Below, in pieces: positions 34,983 to 45,621 of a DNA stretch of 46,754 nt. The notes below the pieces were generated by a model. That model did no database searches, was not told where the DNA came from, and was given only the letters and a program-made list of their open reading frames with translations. Position 1 is the first letter of the stretch. Every line of letters begins with the position of its first letter. This DNA comes from a virus (Duplodnaviria; Caudoviricetes): the IMG/VR virus record IMGVR_UViG_3300020044_009410, positions 1 to 46,754 of that record. One strand, written 5' to 3'. The translations under genes and the position numbers were made by a program.

Positions 34983-37640
34983 CTATGAGAATTTAGTCAC
35001 AACAAACAATATGTTAGCACGCTTCTGGTTTTCTTGCCTTACAACAATAGTGCCATCATAATCAGCAGTTGCTTTCACTACAATTTCTTTAACACCAGTT
35101 TGAGGCAATGTCTTAGTGCCATGATCTTCATACGTTCTTTCTTTTGCTTCAAAAAAACTAACGCCATTATCAGCCGAAACGGATATATTATTAGACTCTA
35201 ATACCCTCAAAAACACATGACTAACTATTTTTGTTTTTGTAACCCCGAATGCTGGGTCACGTTGGTTATTATAAACAACTGGCAATGTTTTAAATTCAGA
35301 AATATATGGCAAGCCGCAAACAACACTTGAAGCAGGGTCGTCAAGTGAAATCGTACCTGTTTGGCTTACTATCTTTGTGTAGACATACCCATCAGCAATA
35401 ACTCTTATACTTTCACCAGCAAGATGAGTTAAACCAGAAATAGATGCTGTTGGCGCGCCGCTATATGACAAATAACAGTCTAAATAGTTCGTGTTATACA
35501 TTCCATCAACTCGTTCAATGTATCTAACATCGTTGCCATTTATATTGCGTTTCACTTCAATATAAACAAAGTCGTCCTTGCTTTCCCTAATAACCGAACA
35601 GCTTTCAATGCTTCCATCTACGGTCATAGTGTAGTATGCCCCTACGTCATCCTCTGGCATGTATGTATAGCATATTAGGACACCATCTGACCTCGTTACA
35701 TAAACCGTTCTATGAGGGCTGTATGCTACCGCCAAGTCACTTGTCTGAAAGTTTCTAAATAGGTGGCTGGCGCGCTTTGATAGGTCATCAATCGCCAATT
35801 GCCCATTCGCATTGTATGCAATTTGGTATAACTTATTATCCCTATTCCCGTTAAAAATTGCGGTATTTCCGACCAAAACAGGCTGAACATTGCTAGCCCC
35901 GTAATATGAATATGGTCTAACATTAAAAGAGTTTTGGGTTAAGGAGTCAGAGTTAACACTACTTATCCGATACTCACTACTATCAGTTAGTGCGATAAGA
36001 TAGCCAAGCGGAATCAAATGTTTAATCTTTGCAGATTCAGCAGAAGCAATCCTGAAATTAATCCTATCCGTGTCCAAAACAGTAGTTTCAGCATAACTGA
36101 TATTAGATTCAGTCCCTGTCTTGGTCATCCATATTGATAGCGGCTCTGTATTAGTTCCGCCAAAGCATTTACGTTGCTCATAATAGGTAACACATCCTGG
36201 ATAACTAGACCCAGTTAGTTCTATTGTTCCAAATACAGCACCAGAACCGCCGCCTGCAACAGTAATAGATATTGATGGGGCAGTATAATTCTTCCCTGGC
36301 TCACGAACGTAACATTGAGTTATTGTCCCATACGCATTGTAAACCAAGTCAAGCACCGCTCCAGAGCCAGTAGCATCAGTTACTGTGGCTACAGGTGTAT
36401 TATAGATTCTAGGGCTGACATTTGCAGTGAATTTTGCACCAGACCCCGTAGCTGTGCTCAACGTCAGAGTAACTTGAGAATAATACAAGCCACTTGTTAA
36501 TGTATTCACTGCCGAAATAGACCCGCCAGCACCGAAAGTTAAAGAGAATGTCGCTCCAGACCCAGTTGGGTCGCTGGCTGTTAATGTATCCGCAATGGCA
36601 TAGTCGCTACCAATTGCATCTGTAGTAACAGATACTATTGCCCCACCACCAACTGGGGTTGAGCCATAGTTTGTCCCTCCATTAACAATCTGAACGGACT
36701 TAATCCCGTTTTCGCCAAATGGCGAATCATAATTCGGTGGAGATATGCTTGGGTTCGGTGCAAAGTTCTCATCGGTAAATGTCAACTCTTTTGTTGACCC
36801 CAAAAGTCTAAATCCGCCAAATATTTTCAAGTATACATTGTAGTATTTAGCACCAGAAATAGCACCCCAACTGATAACATTTGATGTACCAAAAATGTTT
36901 AAATTGTTAACAACAGCACCTGCCGCGCTTGCCACGGATTCATTAGACCCATCATGACTTGTCACACAATAAATATATGGCTTACCAAGTGATATTTCAA
37001 CTCCATTAACGGCTGACACTAAAATACTAGGCGGTTGCAAGCTTGGTAAAAACGATATTTTTTCAAATCGCCAATCAGTAACGCCATAACGTATAAGGGT
37101 GTGAGGTGGGTATGAGTTATGGCAAAACGTCATCACATCTTTTGACTGTACAAATGTCAAATCAAACAAATCTGCTTCAAGATATGGCGCAGGTACCTCA
37201 TAAAAAGATTCTGGCAATAAATACCAATCACTAGGGTTTGTTGATGGTGTTTTATTGGTATTTATTGTTTTTGCTTGGTAGGCTTGCCCTGAATACAAAA
37301 CAATAGCACCAATTTGATAGCTAGTTACTGAAGACCATGCGGTCGTTGCTCCATGCAACAAAGTAAGACCAGAAGTGTGAAACCTGGCGTATAAATCACC
37401 AAGTTCAATAATCATCTGTTGAGAATTAGAGTATTTAAAAGGAATTAGCCTTGCTTTTTTGTTTGCATATTTTGTTTGCGCAACAAATTTTGTGCCGCCA
37501 CGATTAATTAATGCACCGTGTGGCAAAACAATAAAATTATCACAATACTCTACGCCATTCGCATATTTTGCGTCATCCGACTTAGCAAAAAACTCAGGCG
37601 TTAATATGCCGCCATTGAAGCTTCTTTGAATTACTTCCAT
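34983..37640 (-). CDS. Tail nozzle (tail tubular protein B / stabilisation protein)
   Basis: QRSFNGG.LTP, NFIVLPHG...RGGT.FV, RLIPF, QSKDVM, YPGCVTYYEQR, GLPY. Confidence 0.88.
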   Translation of the reverse strand: MEVIQRSFNGGILTPEFFAKSDDAKYANGVEYCDNFIVLPHGALINRGGTKFVAQTKYANKKARLIPFKYSNSQQMIIELGDLYARFHTSGLTLLHGATTAWSSVTSYQIGAIVLYSGQAYQAKTINTNKTPSTNPSDWYLLPESFYEVPAPYLEADLFDLTFVQSKDVMTFCHNSYPPHTLIRYGVTDWRFEKISFLPSLQPPSILVSAVNGVEISLGKPYIYCVTSHDGSNESVASAAGAVVNNLNIFGTSNVISWGAISGAKYYNVYLKIFGGFRLLGSTKELTFTDENFAPNPSISPPNYDSPFGENGIKSVQIVNGGTNYGSTPVGGGAIVSVTTDAIGSDYAIADTLTASDPTGSGATFSLTFGAGGSISAVNTLTSGLYYSQVTLTLSTATGSGAKFTANVSPRIYNTPVATVTDATGSGAVLDLVYNAYGTITQCYVREPGKNYTAPSISITVAGGGSGAVFGTIELTGSSYPGCVTYYEQRKCFGGTNTEPLSIWMTKTGTESNISYAETTVLDTDRINFRIASAESAKIKHLIPLGYLIALTDSSEYRISSVNSDSLTQNSFNVRPYSYYGASNVQPVLVGNTAIFNGNRDNKLYQIAYNANGQLAIDDLSKRASHLFRNFQTSDLAVAYSPHRTVYVTRSDGVLICYTYMPEDDVGAYYTMTVDGSIESCSVIRESKDDFVYIEVKRNINGNDVRYIERVDGMYNTNYLDCYLSYSGAPTASISGLTHLAGESIRVIADGYVYTKIVSQTGTISLDDPASSVVCGLPYISEFKTLPVVYNNQRDPAFGVTKTKIVSHVFLRVLESNNISVSADNGVSFFEAKERTYEDHGTKTLPQTGVKEIVVKATADYDGTIVVRQENQKRANILFVVTKFS

Positions 37641-38278
37641 TACCACCTCCTGGCTACACTAAATGAGCTTTTCCTTTCAAACTTATCTTTAGATTGTATC
37701 ACATCCTGACGCTTTGCCATCTCTGATAATGTTAAATAATTTTTGTAACAGTAGTCAGCGAGCCTTAACCCGTCTTGCTTTAGGATTGGTCCACACAAAT
37801 AATGAGCCAAAAGCCAAGACAATGCTTCGACAAAATGGCTTGAAAAACTTGTTGTATCTTGCTGATCAAAAATATATTTAATCTTACAATCAAGAAAATT
37901 ACAAAAAACGCTTTTAACCCCATTATGCATTTCAGTTGTATGCCCGTAGTATTCTTTGCCATACTGACCAATAAGCCATTCTTGGTTTAAAGGCTCGAAT
38001 GTTCCTCCATCCTCGTAAACGCTAATTAACTTAATTAAATCACTAGGCAAAGCGTACACATACTGATAATCATTAACAGACTCTGCAACAAGACCTAAAT
38101 CTACATGCTTCACAGCAAATGACCAATTAAAAGACTCAAGCATCAATTTTCGACTAATGTCATAAAATTTAGCGCAATGCTCGGCTTCCGCCGACGCTTC
38201 AGGGGGGTCAATGCTTGATACATTAGCTGCGTTACCGATTCGACTTAAGGCAATGTTGCAAATGTCTGTTTTATTCAT
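37640..38278 (-). CDS. Tail adaptor (tail tubular protein A)
   Basis: DICNIALSRIG...AEHC..FYD..R...L..FNWSFA...Y.LPSD...F.EAL. Confidence 0.88.
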   Translation of the reverse strand: MNKTDICNIALSRIGNAANVSSIDPPEASAEAEHCAKFYDISRKLMLESFNWSFAVKHVDLGLVAESVNDYQYVYALPSDLIKLISVYEDGGTFEPLNQEWLIGQYGKEYYGHTTEMHNGVKSVFCNFLDCKIKYIFDQQDTTSFSSHFVEALSWLLAHYLCGPILKQDGLRLADYCYKNYLTLSEMAKRQDVIQSKDKFERKSSFSVARRW

Positions 38279-38280
38279 GA

Positions 38281-38586
38281 TTAGCCTTTTTTAAGTTTGT
38301 CATTTGGAACGGGGATGACTCTGCGTCCAGAATCAAACTCATATCCAGCAGGCAAATCTTTTTCATCCAAAACTTCCATCCATCCACTGTTGACAACATA
38401 ACCAGCTGGGATATCAACAATTTCGCCGTTTTTTTTCAACTCACCGTGAACACCACTTGGTTGAAAAAAAGCATCAGCATGGAAGCGTACTTGAATTGGT
38501 TTGTCAGCAACAAATTCAAACTTTTTTAATTGCCGCTTTTGTGCAACTTCACGACTTGGCACGTATGCGGATTCAAATTTACTCAT
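38281..38586 (-). CDS. Hypothetical head-module protein
   Basis: GAGGA RBS; between cement and adaptor genes. Confidence 0.7.
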   Translation of the reverse strand: MSKFESAYVPSREVAQKRQLKKFEFVADKPIQVRFHADAFFQPSGVHGELKKNGEIVDIPAGYVVNSGWMEVLDEKDLPAGYEFDSGRRVIPVPNDKLKKG

Positions 38587-38605
38587 CGTTCCTCTCCTAA
38601 TTTAA

Positions 38606-39091
38606 TTAAGACGCACTAAATGTACCAGTAAAGCCGTCAGGATACGCAATGAACTTACCAGGGCTATCAGTCAAATAAACAGATAACTTGCCAGCAGTAA
38701 ACGCGGCAGTACCAGTAATTTGCAAAATACCAAGGAATCGTTCATAACCAACTGGGTGACGAGGCAATTTCAAGCAAAATACTTCATAACCAGCAACTAA
38801 AGACGCAACGGGCACAGCAGTAGTTGTGTAATGAACAGTAGAAGTAGTGGTGCTAACAGCGGCAGTATCATCACTTGCAACAGAAAGTTGAAGCGTTGCA
38901 GAACCTGCGCTTGTTGCTGTGGTCGTGACCTTCGCGACTAAATATAAATCGCGATAATCCATATCCGCCTGATTTAACGCTTGGGTTGCATACTTAAGGT
39001 CGAGCTGATCACCAACCAAGTAAGTGCCAGCAACACCTGTGTTTAACGCGGTATCCCATAAAAGGCACGCGAATTTATCAATAACAGCCAT
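38606..39091 (-). CDS. Capsid cement/decoration protein (Bbp16-like)
   Basis: Follows capsid; ID...DQLDL...LYL...SAGSATLQ..SDD jelly-roll-type pattern. Confidence 0.75.
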   Translation of the reverse strand: MAVIDKFACLLWDTALNTGVAGTYLVGDQLDLKYATQALNQADMDYRDLYLVAKVTTTATSAGSATLQLSVASDDTAAVSTTTSTVHYTTTAVPVASLVAGYEVFCLKLPRHPVGYERFLGILQITGTAAFTAGKLSVYLTDSPGKFIAYPDGFTGTFSAS

Positions 39092-39106
39092 GATGATTCC
39101 TTTCTA

Positions 39107-40117
39107 TTAGGCTACGCCAGATTCAGTTGTTAAGAGAGACTCACAACGTTTGATCATCACGCCGTGAATAGGAACGCCACGTTCTGTTCGCACGCTGTTA
39201 ATCGCTTGTTGAGAAGAAAGACCAAGGCTTGCATTGTTGCCAATCTGACGATCTAATGCCTCGATAACAGACGGGGCTGCATACCCTTTAATTGCGCCAC
39301 TATACCCGCTTGGGAAGCGATTTAAGCCACGCTTAATCAAATCAACCAAGTCTGGACCAGTAGAACCAGTTTTGGTAATGTCTTCGGCATTAAATTGAAT
39401 GCGTACAACATTTTTCCAATTCCTAAGCGCAAAGCCATAATACCAATCATAGTATTCTAAGATAGCTGGATATGTTTTACCACTGCCGTCAGATACTGAT
39501 GTGGCGTCAGCACGAACTTGCATACCAGCAGCACCACTGTATTGTGGCGTAAAGCCATATACACCATCAGGACCATGCATTACTAGCCAGATAGAAGCAT
39601 TGTCTGTACCGTCTGGAGCTGTACCAGATTCGCAAACAATATTCTGACCATTTTCAGCAGAACGATTGTTGTAGTATTGGCTCAAACCAGCGAGTTGAGT
39701 TACGCTGCCAGTCGCGCCATAAAAGAAGTCAGCCTCTAATTGCTGGCGGAAACCAAGCGCAATTCGTGCACGCTCCATGTCAAATGCCATTTTTGCTGCT
39801 TTTGCAGTTTGATACATGTTAGCATCAATAGCCTGCATCAAGCTGCGGCGATAACACTCTTGACGGATGGTTGTAGAACGGCTACGATCTGCATCATAAC
39901 CCTCATTAAACCGATTGCTAGTTGGAACAGGAATATATGTTGATTGTTGGAACTCATAACCAAAATCACCATAGTTACCCTTTGTCCACATAATATCATC
40001 GATCAAGCCACCATTATCCTTGGCGACCAAATCGATCATATCGCGGGCATCCCCATTATTTGCATTCCGCACCGCTTCTGGAAGCGACCAAAATGCTCCG
40101 TTTGAAATTGCAGCCAT
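39107..40117 (-). CDS. Major capsid protein
   Basis: 336 aa after scaffold; R.FNEG, FFYG, DNASIWLV, LRNWKNVVRI. Confidence 0.85.
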   Translation of the reverse strand: MAAISNGAFWSLPEAVRNANNGDARDMIDLVAKDNGGLIDDIMWTKGNYGDFGYEFQQSTYIPVPTSNRFNEGYDADRSRSTTIRQECYRRSLMQAIDANMYQTAKAAKMAFDMERARIALGFRQQLEADFFYGATGSVTQLAGLSQYYNNRSAENGQNIVCESGTAPDGTDNASIWLVMHGPDGVYGFTPQYSGAAGMQVRADATSVSDGSGKTYPAILEYYDWYYGFALRNWKNVVRIQFNAEDITKTGSTGPDLVDLIKRGLNRFPSGYSGAIKGYAAPSVIEALDRQIGNNASLGLSSQQAINSVRTERGVPIHGVMIKRCESLLTTESGVA

Positions 40118-40139
40118 AATTCCCCCTTAAAGTAGGCTA

Positions 40140-40814
40140 CTATCGACCCGCGTATTGCTTGTCGATAAGGTTATAGATAGCTGGCTGCGTTTTTTGTTCA
40201 GGCGCAACCGACTTACCAACGGGCAATGAAGTAGAAACCACACCATCACCAACTCTTTTTAAGAACTTTAAAAACGATGGGTGGTTAATTAACCCAGTTT
40301 GAGATAAAAGTTCTTTAAACTCTGAATCACCGTACTTGTTTACTACGGTTTTAATTTGTGTAAGCGAATTTGGATTGTTGATTTCCTTGTCGTTACTGGA
40401 TTTTGATTTCCAGTCTGAAACAAGCGATTGGAATTGCTTTTGGCTTTGCTCGGTAAGTGCGGCACTAACTTTAGATGCCACTTCCTTAGCCTTATCATTG
40501 CTCAACCCGCTATCCTTGATGGCGTCTTTGTATACGCTAATCACATCTTTATCAATAGATGACTCAAGATCAGCAAAATCATATTCAACAACTGGCGCAG
40601 GAGCGTCAAGCAATGAATCAATTGGGTCTTTTAAATCAATTGATATTTCATCATCACTGGATTGAGCATTGATTTGAGCATTGCTTTGCGCATTAGAATC
40701 AATACCAGAATCTACATTTGTATCCTGATCAGACGGGCTAGTAGCGTCGCCATCATCAGAATTATCATTGCTTTCCACAAAATTGCTTTTAAGCATTGAA
40801 TTTAAATCAGTCAT
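40140..40814 (-). CDS. Capsid scaffolding protein
   Basis: Acidic disordered N-terminus; GLSN.KA, L.QTGL.NHP.F.KF..RVG. Confidence 0.8.
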   Translation of the reverse strand: MTDLNSMLKSNFVESNDNSDDGDATSPSDQDTNVDSGIDSNAQSNAQINAQSSDDEISIDLKDPIDSLLDAPAPVVEYDFADLESSIDKDVISVYKDAIKDSGLSNDKAKEVASKVSAALTEQSQKQFQSLVSDWKSKSSNDKEINNPNSLTQIKTVVNKYGDSEFKELLSQTGLINHPSFLKFLKRVGDGVVSTSLPVGKSVAPEQKTQPAIYNLIDKQYAGR

Positions 40815-41073
40815 GTTTTACCTCCAAAAGTTCACTTAATTTTTGCGGAGCATGCTCGCGTACTAAGTTAATTATTTGCAACCCAAAAGATTGCTTCCCA
40901 TTTAAAAACCTACTTTCAGAAACATCCCCCAGCGCACTCGTCTGCTCAAGTAAGTACCTTAAAAAAATCACACCCTCTTGTGTAGCTACAATTGTTTGAA
41001 GCGCAGAAATATGACGCTTGTCAACTGGCTTATCATTTTTTATGCCATAGACCCGCTCATTAAACGTACTCAT
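40807..41073 (-). CDS. Bbp19-like small head-module protein
   Basis: T.EG..FL..LL....F.NGK...GL.I between portal and scaffold. Confidence 0.7.
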   Translation of the reverse strand: MSTFNERVYGIKNDKPVDKRHISALQTIVATQEGVIFLRYLLEQTSALGDVSESRFLNGKQSFGLQIINLVREHAPQKLSELLEVKHD

Positions 41074-42794
41074 ATTTGCTCCATCTGCTGTTGCGCCGCA
41101 GCCAAAGAGTCAAACCCGCCAGACGCCCCAGCCCCTCGAGATTTATTGAGCGACTCAACAACCTTTGCGCCCTGCTCTGCCATAGCCATCTGCTGTTGAG
41201 CTTGAATCATTTGCTGACGTTGCTCTCTCAATTTATCTGCATCTTCTTTCGAACGTAACACCTCTCTTGGTGGGTTATGCAAGTCAGCAAGGGCAGTGAT
41301 TGTATTATCAATGTCAATGCGATCAATAGCTTGCTCGCTACCTAACGCGGCAACGTTTTGAATAAACCCATTAATTGCCTGAATATCATTTGCGCGTTGA
41401 GCTGCCAAAAGCGGGCTTAAAAACTCAACATCAAACCCTAATTTATCAGCTTTATTCGTAAAAGACTCTGGCGGCTCGTCAAAAAGTCCGCTTGACATCA
41501 TGATATGGAATGTTTTTTCAACAAGTGGCTTAATAAAATCACTGACGATATACTCGATTGCTGGACCTATCATTGCCATTTTTTCTTCGCGACGCTCAAT
41601 TACTTCAGCAGCTTTCATATTGTCTTTATCTGCCAATTGAATCATCATAAACACATCAGCAAAAAAACCTGATTGAATCTCTTTTCGGGTCTCATCGACA
41701 AACATTTGAATGGCTTGTATGCCATTCCCGCCAGCCTGCAAAACATTAACACCATTGCCCGTCATCGGCGAAACAAACACTGCTCCTGGCTCGAATCTAA
41801 GACCTTGGTTGCCCATCTCATTCGGGACTGATATTGGCGGGCTAACAAGCAAATCAAGGACATGCCCACGCTTTTCAATTGCATGCTCAAGTGTCAAAAT
41901 ATCCCCAAGCGTATACATGCCAGGGCTATAACCATAAACACAGCCAGGGCGCACACCAAATCTTGGCGTTAAAACAGGGAAGTAATCATAGCCAGTTTCA
42001 AACAGCAAATACTCATTGTTTGAATCTTCATACCAGTATTCTGCATATTTCTTAAGTTTTACATTATCCTTGTCTGGCTCATAGTCCCGACGTGGCATAA
42101 TCCACTGGAATACATCAACAGTGTCGTTAAACTTTTTATTATCAAATTTTTCTTTTGATGATTCGCAAAGCGCGTCATAGCCAAAACGTTGCTCAAGTTG
42201 CCTGATTGTAAATTTTACTTTTCGGCAAAATGTATCAACGTTGTTGAAGTGATCAATATCCCAATAAAACTGCCCAACATCAACATGCTCTAAAAAAATA
42301 CCTTTTTTATCTTGGTCATGCAGGATTAAACAAGCACTGCCAAAAACAAGCAAATCGATGTACACTTCAAAAATAGTGCCATAGACATTATTTCTAGAAA
42401 AATAACCAAGCATTTTATTGCTTTGCGATTTAAGCCACTTTTTAGAATCTTCGTCTAGTGCATCAAGATTTTTTGAGCTTAGCTCAAACCATTTTCGGCT
42501 TGGGCTCGTACCTTTTGCATGAAACCCAGAAGCAGCTTTACGCACTGCGTCATAAGCAGTCTTATTGTTTGTAGAATTAAAGAAAGGGACTTTTCTAGAG
42601 TTGTCTTCAGAACGAACTCCATTGCTATCTATGCTACTTCGTCTTAGCGAACGAATAAATACGCCATTTGTCGGCATAATTGACTCGCTAAGTTTAATCC
42701 ACGTATCTTCCCAGTCCAGCCTTTCTTGGTCAAGTTCAGTAAACCTTGACTTTAGCTCCAGGATAAGGTCTTCTTGGTATTCGTTGTCTTCCAT
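41070..42794 (-). CDS. Portal (head-to-tail connector, T7 gp8-like)
   Basis: TSPSRKWFEL, DLLVFGSACL, YGYSPGM, AAEVIERREEKM..IGP, F.SPL..AQR. Confidence 0.93.
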   Translation of the reverse strand: MEDNEYQEDLILELKSRFTELDQERLDWEDTWIKLSESIMPTNGVFIRSLRRSSIDSNGVRSEDNSRKVPFFNSTNNKTAYDAVRKAASGFHAKGTSPSRKWFELSSKNLDALDEDSKKWLKSQSNKMLGYFSRNNVYGTIFEVYIDLLVFGSACLILHDQDKKGIFLEHVDVGQFYWDIDHFNNVDTFCRKVKFTIRQLEQRFGYDALCESSKEKFDNKKFNDTVDVFQWIMPRRDYEPDKDNVKLKKYAEYWYEDSNNEYLLFETGYDYFPVLTPRFGVRPGCVYGYSPGMYTLGDILTLEHAIEKRGHVLDLLVSPPISVPNEMGNQGLRFEPGAVFVSPMTGNGVNVLQAGGNGIQAIQMFVDETRKEIQSGFFADVFMMIQLADKDNMKAAEVIERREEKMAMIGPAIEYIVSDFIKPLVEKTFHIMMSSGLFDEPPESFTNKADKLGFDVEFLSPLLAAQRANDIQAINGFIQNVAALGSEQAIDRIDIDNTITALADLHNPPREVLRSKEDADKLREQRQQMIQAQQQMAMAEQGAKVVESLNKSRGAGASGGFDSLAAAQQQMEQI

Positions 42795-42795
42795 A

Positions 42796-43104
42796 TCAGC
42801 CCAATAACTTGTTGCCGCCTAATTGACCAGAACCAACACCAGCAGAACCACCAGTGACATTTGTTTTGCTACCAAAATTCGATGCCATCAATGCGCCAAT
42901 ATCTGTTGCAGACTTTTGCCTATCCTGCGACAGCAATGCCTCTTGTTGCGCTTTTTCATTTTGAGCAGCAAGCTCTTTTTGAACCTGCATTTGTTCTTTA
43001 GCTGTCTTTTTTTGATCGTTAGACTGCTTTACCGCAGTGCCTGCACCTACCAGCGCAGAAACTCCTGCAACAATCGCCCCAATAGAAACTTCAGCCATGA
43101 TCAC
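42796..43104 (-). CDS. Small virion-associated protein
   Basis: A/G-rich hydrophobic N-terminus, Q-rich helix, ends KLLG; just before portal. Confidence 0.7.
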   Translation of the reverse strand: MIMAEVSIGAIVAGVSALVGAGTAVKQSNDQKKTAKEQMQVQKELAAQNEKAQQEALLSQDRQKSATDIGALMASNFGSKTNVTGGSAGVGSGQLGGNKLLG

Positions 43105-43571
43105 TCCAAATCAAAAATTGTAGAGAATTTTGTAGCACCACGCTTTTTCATCAAAAAAAGCAGCTTTTCAAAACTTGAACCTGATATCGCTTCAAATCTC
43201 ACTGAATAAATGTCAAGTTTTTTTGCTATATCAATTTGATACTTTACAAATCTGTATCCGTTATACCACAGTCTATACTTTTTGTCAACAAAAAACAACA
43301 GGTTTTGTAGTATTTTATTGCTTTTTTTATTTAGTGTGCTTGTTCTCATCCCAATTGAGTACCCAACTATATTTCCGTTAGCAGTCATTTTTGAGCAAAG
43401 AAGCAGACCTAGTTCAGACATCTTATCGTATAGCTCAATGTTTACTTCAATGTTGTCCAAACCTAGCTCTTTGTAATGCGTTTCTTGAACTGATAGTGCA
43501 TATTCTTTAACTTCAGCGTACTCTGCCTGATGAAATTCTATTGTATTCGTATGGGTTGTATCTTCCATCAT
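43101..43571 (-). CDS. GNAT-like acetyltransferase
   Basis: GNIVGY...FFVDKKYR...G..F pattern; AGGA RBS. Confidence 0.65.
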   Translation of the reverse strand: MMEDTTHTNTIEFHQAEYAEVKEYALSVQETHYKELGLDNIEVNIELYDKMSELGLLLCSKMTANGNIVGYSIGMRTSTLNKKSNKILQNLLFFVDKKYRLWYNGYRFVKYQIDIAKKLDIYSVRFEAISGSSFEKLLFLMKKRGATKFSTIFDLE

Positions 43572-45078
43572 GCGTCCTTCTAATGTTCCCACCTATTGGA
43601 TTTGAGTATGTATCAGCTCTCACATCTTGAAACTTAACCCCAAACGTAACTGCTAATGCGTCTGCAAGGTCAGGAGATGATACGCCTCGGCTTTTCATAG
43701 CATCTTTTGATTCGAGTTGTATTTTATCTCTAGCGAGATACTCTACGGATATTAAATCAGCCCGTAATGTTTCATCTTTCCATAGTGCCGCGCCATCTTT
43801 TAGCCAGTCTCTCATCCTGCCCCATATCTCTGCGCGTTTATTTCTGTAATGGGTGCTATCATCTGCTGATGCTGCGAAGATGATTTCATTTACTGGGTAT
43901 CCTCTAGCGCGCATAATATCGAATATGGCTGCCCCTGTTAAACCATGATCAATATTTATTTGCACTTTGTATCCCAGGCTTGAGATAAAGTTGTATTCCT
44001 CTATTATTTTTGCGATAACCTCATTAGTATCTATCTTACTGAATATTTTAAATGGCATATTTGCATTTCTGCCTATTCTTGTACAGATTACCGTCTTGTC
44101 ATCGCCCATGCGCGCAACGTCAACACCAATGATTGCGGTATATTCAGTTGGTGATTGTCTATACTCTGGCGTGCTCATTGCTGAATCTACATAATTGCTT
44201 GGTATAAATTGTGCTAAGGATGTTGTTGGGAATTGACCTAAACAGCGTATCTTATACATATCGCTGTCTTCACCATACAATTCTTTCCATTCGTCATGCA
44301 GTGCTGTATTTCCGATTTGTACTTCTCGGCTTGATACTATTTGTGTTTGCCACATATAGCGCTTTGAATGGAAACAATCATAGAATGGTCCGCTAGATTG
44401 GGTTGGGTTTCCAAATGCAAAAATCATTGAATTTTTACCGCTTAGTCCGCCTTCGGCAACCTCAAAAATCTTTGGTGCAATACCAGATGCTTCATCAAGT
44501 ATGTATGCTGAAACGCCGCCTTCTGCCACTGCGGCATGTTGACCAGCGAAAGCTTCTGAATTGTGTTCATCAGATGATTGTGCTGATGCTATCCAATAGT
44601 CTCTACGCTTTGCATCTTTCGCTCGTAACAGCATATTGTTTCTTGAGCCTTGGTAATCGAATAATTCTGATACCAAACTCATTTTAAGCCATCTACCTAG
44701 CTCTGCCCATGTCTTTGTGTATAGCTGCCCCATAGTAACTGCTGTGACTGTTATCTTTGAGCCTGGCGCGGTAGACATTATCCATAGGTTAATCCATGCA
44801 GAAGCGGCTGATTTGCCGATTTGGTGCCCAGAAGATATAGCGTATCGAAATGGAGTGCTTACGCCAGATTTGCGCCATGCAGTGATTTTATCGCAGAGTT
44901 GACAAAACCAAACATCTGGTCCGTATTCACAGTTAAATCTTTCCTTCCACGGGCTTTGTAATTTTGCTCTTTGTATCCCTACATTCGTATCCCACGGAAA
45001 TGCCCACATGACGAAGCCTAAAGGGTCATCTTTGAACTTTACTATTTGTCTTGCAAGACTAACAAAGTTGTTATTCAC
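43513..45078 (-). CDS. terL: Terminase large subunit
   Basis: SGHQIGKS Walker A, ILDEASGI Walker B, FGNPT, GVDVARMGDD, SPDLADALA. Confidence 0.96.
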   Translation of the reverse strand: MNNNFVSLARQIVKFKDDPLGFVMWAFPWDTNVGIQRAKLQSPWKERFNCEYGPDVWFCQLCDKITAWRKSGVSTPFRYAISSGHQIGKSAASAWINLWIMSTAPGSKITVTAVTMGQLYTKTWAELGRWLKMSLVSELFDYQGSRNNMLLRAKDAKRRDYWIASAQSSDEHNSEAFAGQHAAVAEGGVSAYILDEASGIAPKIFEVAEGGLSGKNSMIFAFGNPTQSSGPFYDCFHSKRYMWQTQIVSSREVQIGNTALHDEWKELYGEDSDMYKIRCLGQFPTTSLAQFIPSNYVDSAMSTPEYRQSPTEYTAIIGVDVARMGDDKTVICTRIGRNANMPFKIFSKIDTNEVIAKIIEEYNFISSLGYKVQINIDHGLTGAAIFDIMRARGYPVNEIIFAASADDSTHYRNKRAEIWGRMRDWLKDGAALWKDETLRADLISVEYLARDKIQLESKDAMKSRGVSSPDLADALAVTFGVKFQDVRADTYSNPIGGNIRRTHDGRYNPYEYNRISSGRVR

Positions 45079-45081
45079 GCT

Positions 45082-45552
45082 TTATTCTTCCTTGACTCTT
45101 TGGCTTGCTCTGATAAGCTCGTCTGCAAAGTCTGAAGTGACAGATACTTCTGTTTTAGATGTTTCTCTTAGTCCTTTATTGAAGATTGCTGCTTGTTTCA
45201 TTTTAAGATTAGCATTATGATTTTTGTGTGACACCAGTGCATTAGATGCTTTTTCAGAATCGAACACATCATTATCGCTATCATACAAATCTGCTGCATC
45301 ATCCATTAAATGGAAAGCTGCTACTGATTTTGCTTTCATGATTTTTGATTCTAAATCTTGAGAGTTGATCAATGCTCTATTGAATCTTGAAACATCCACT
45401 TCTGCCATTTTGCATGCTTTGCGTATTGTAATACCATCCATAATAAATCTACAGATTGTATCCACTTCACCATCAGTTAATGGCGTATCTACTGTCTTAA
45501 GTCTTTTCGATCTATCTAGATCAATATCCAGTATTTCAATTGAGCTACTCAT
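45082..45552 (-). CDS. terS: Terminase small subunit
   Basis: Immediately upstream of terL; IC..I.DG.TIRKAC HTH. Confidence 0.8.
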   Translation of the reverse strand: MSSSIEILDIDLDRSKRLKTVDTPLTDGEVDTICRFIMDGITIRKACKMAEVDVSRFNRALINSQDLESKIMKAKSVAAFHLMDDAADLYDSDNDVFDSEKASNALVSHKNHNANLKMKQAAIFNKGLRETSKTEVSVTSDFADELIRASQRVKEE

Positions 45553-45586
45553 GTCAATTCCTTTTTCAAAATGCTTTTATATGTTG

Positions 45587-45620
45587 TTGTAAATATAATA
45601 CATGTGTTGTATAATGTCAA
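45587..45620. promoter_or_regulatory. Overlapping divergent sigma70 promoters
   Basis: Minus: TTGACA(45620-45615)-N17-TATATT toward terS; plus: TTGTAA(45587)-N17-TATAAT(45610). Confidence 0.7.
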
Positions 45621-45621
45621 C

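Noticed and set aside
44805-44835. TerL Walker A variant SGHQIGKS
   Set aside because: Catalytic GKS is intact; likely a tolerated substitution
19610-45592. Numerous short plus-strand ORFs opposite structural genes (and minus-strand ORFs opposite early genes)
   Set aside because: Antisense shadows of well-supported genes with no RBS or motif support
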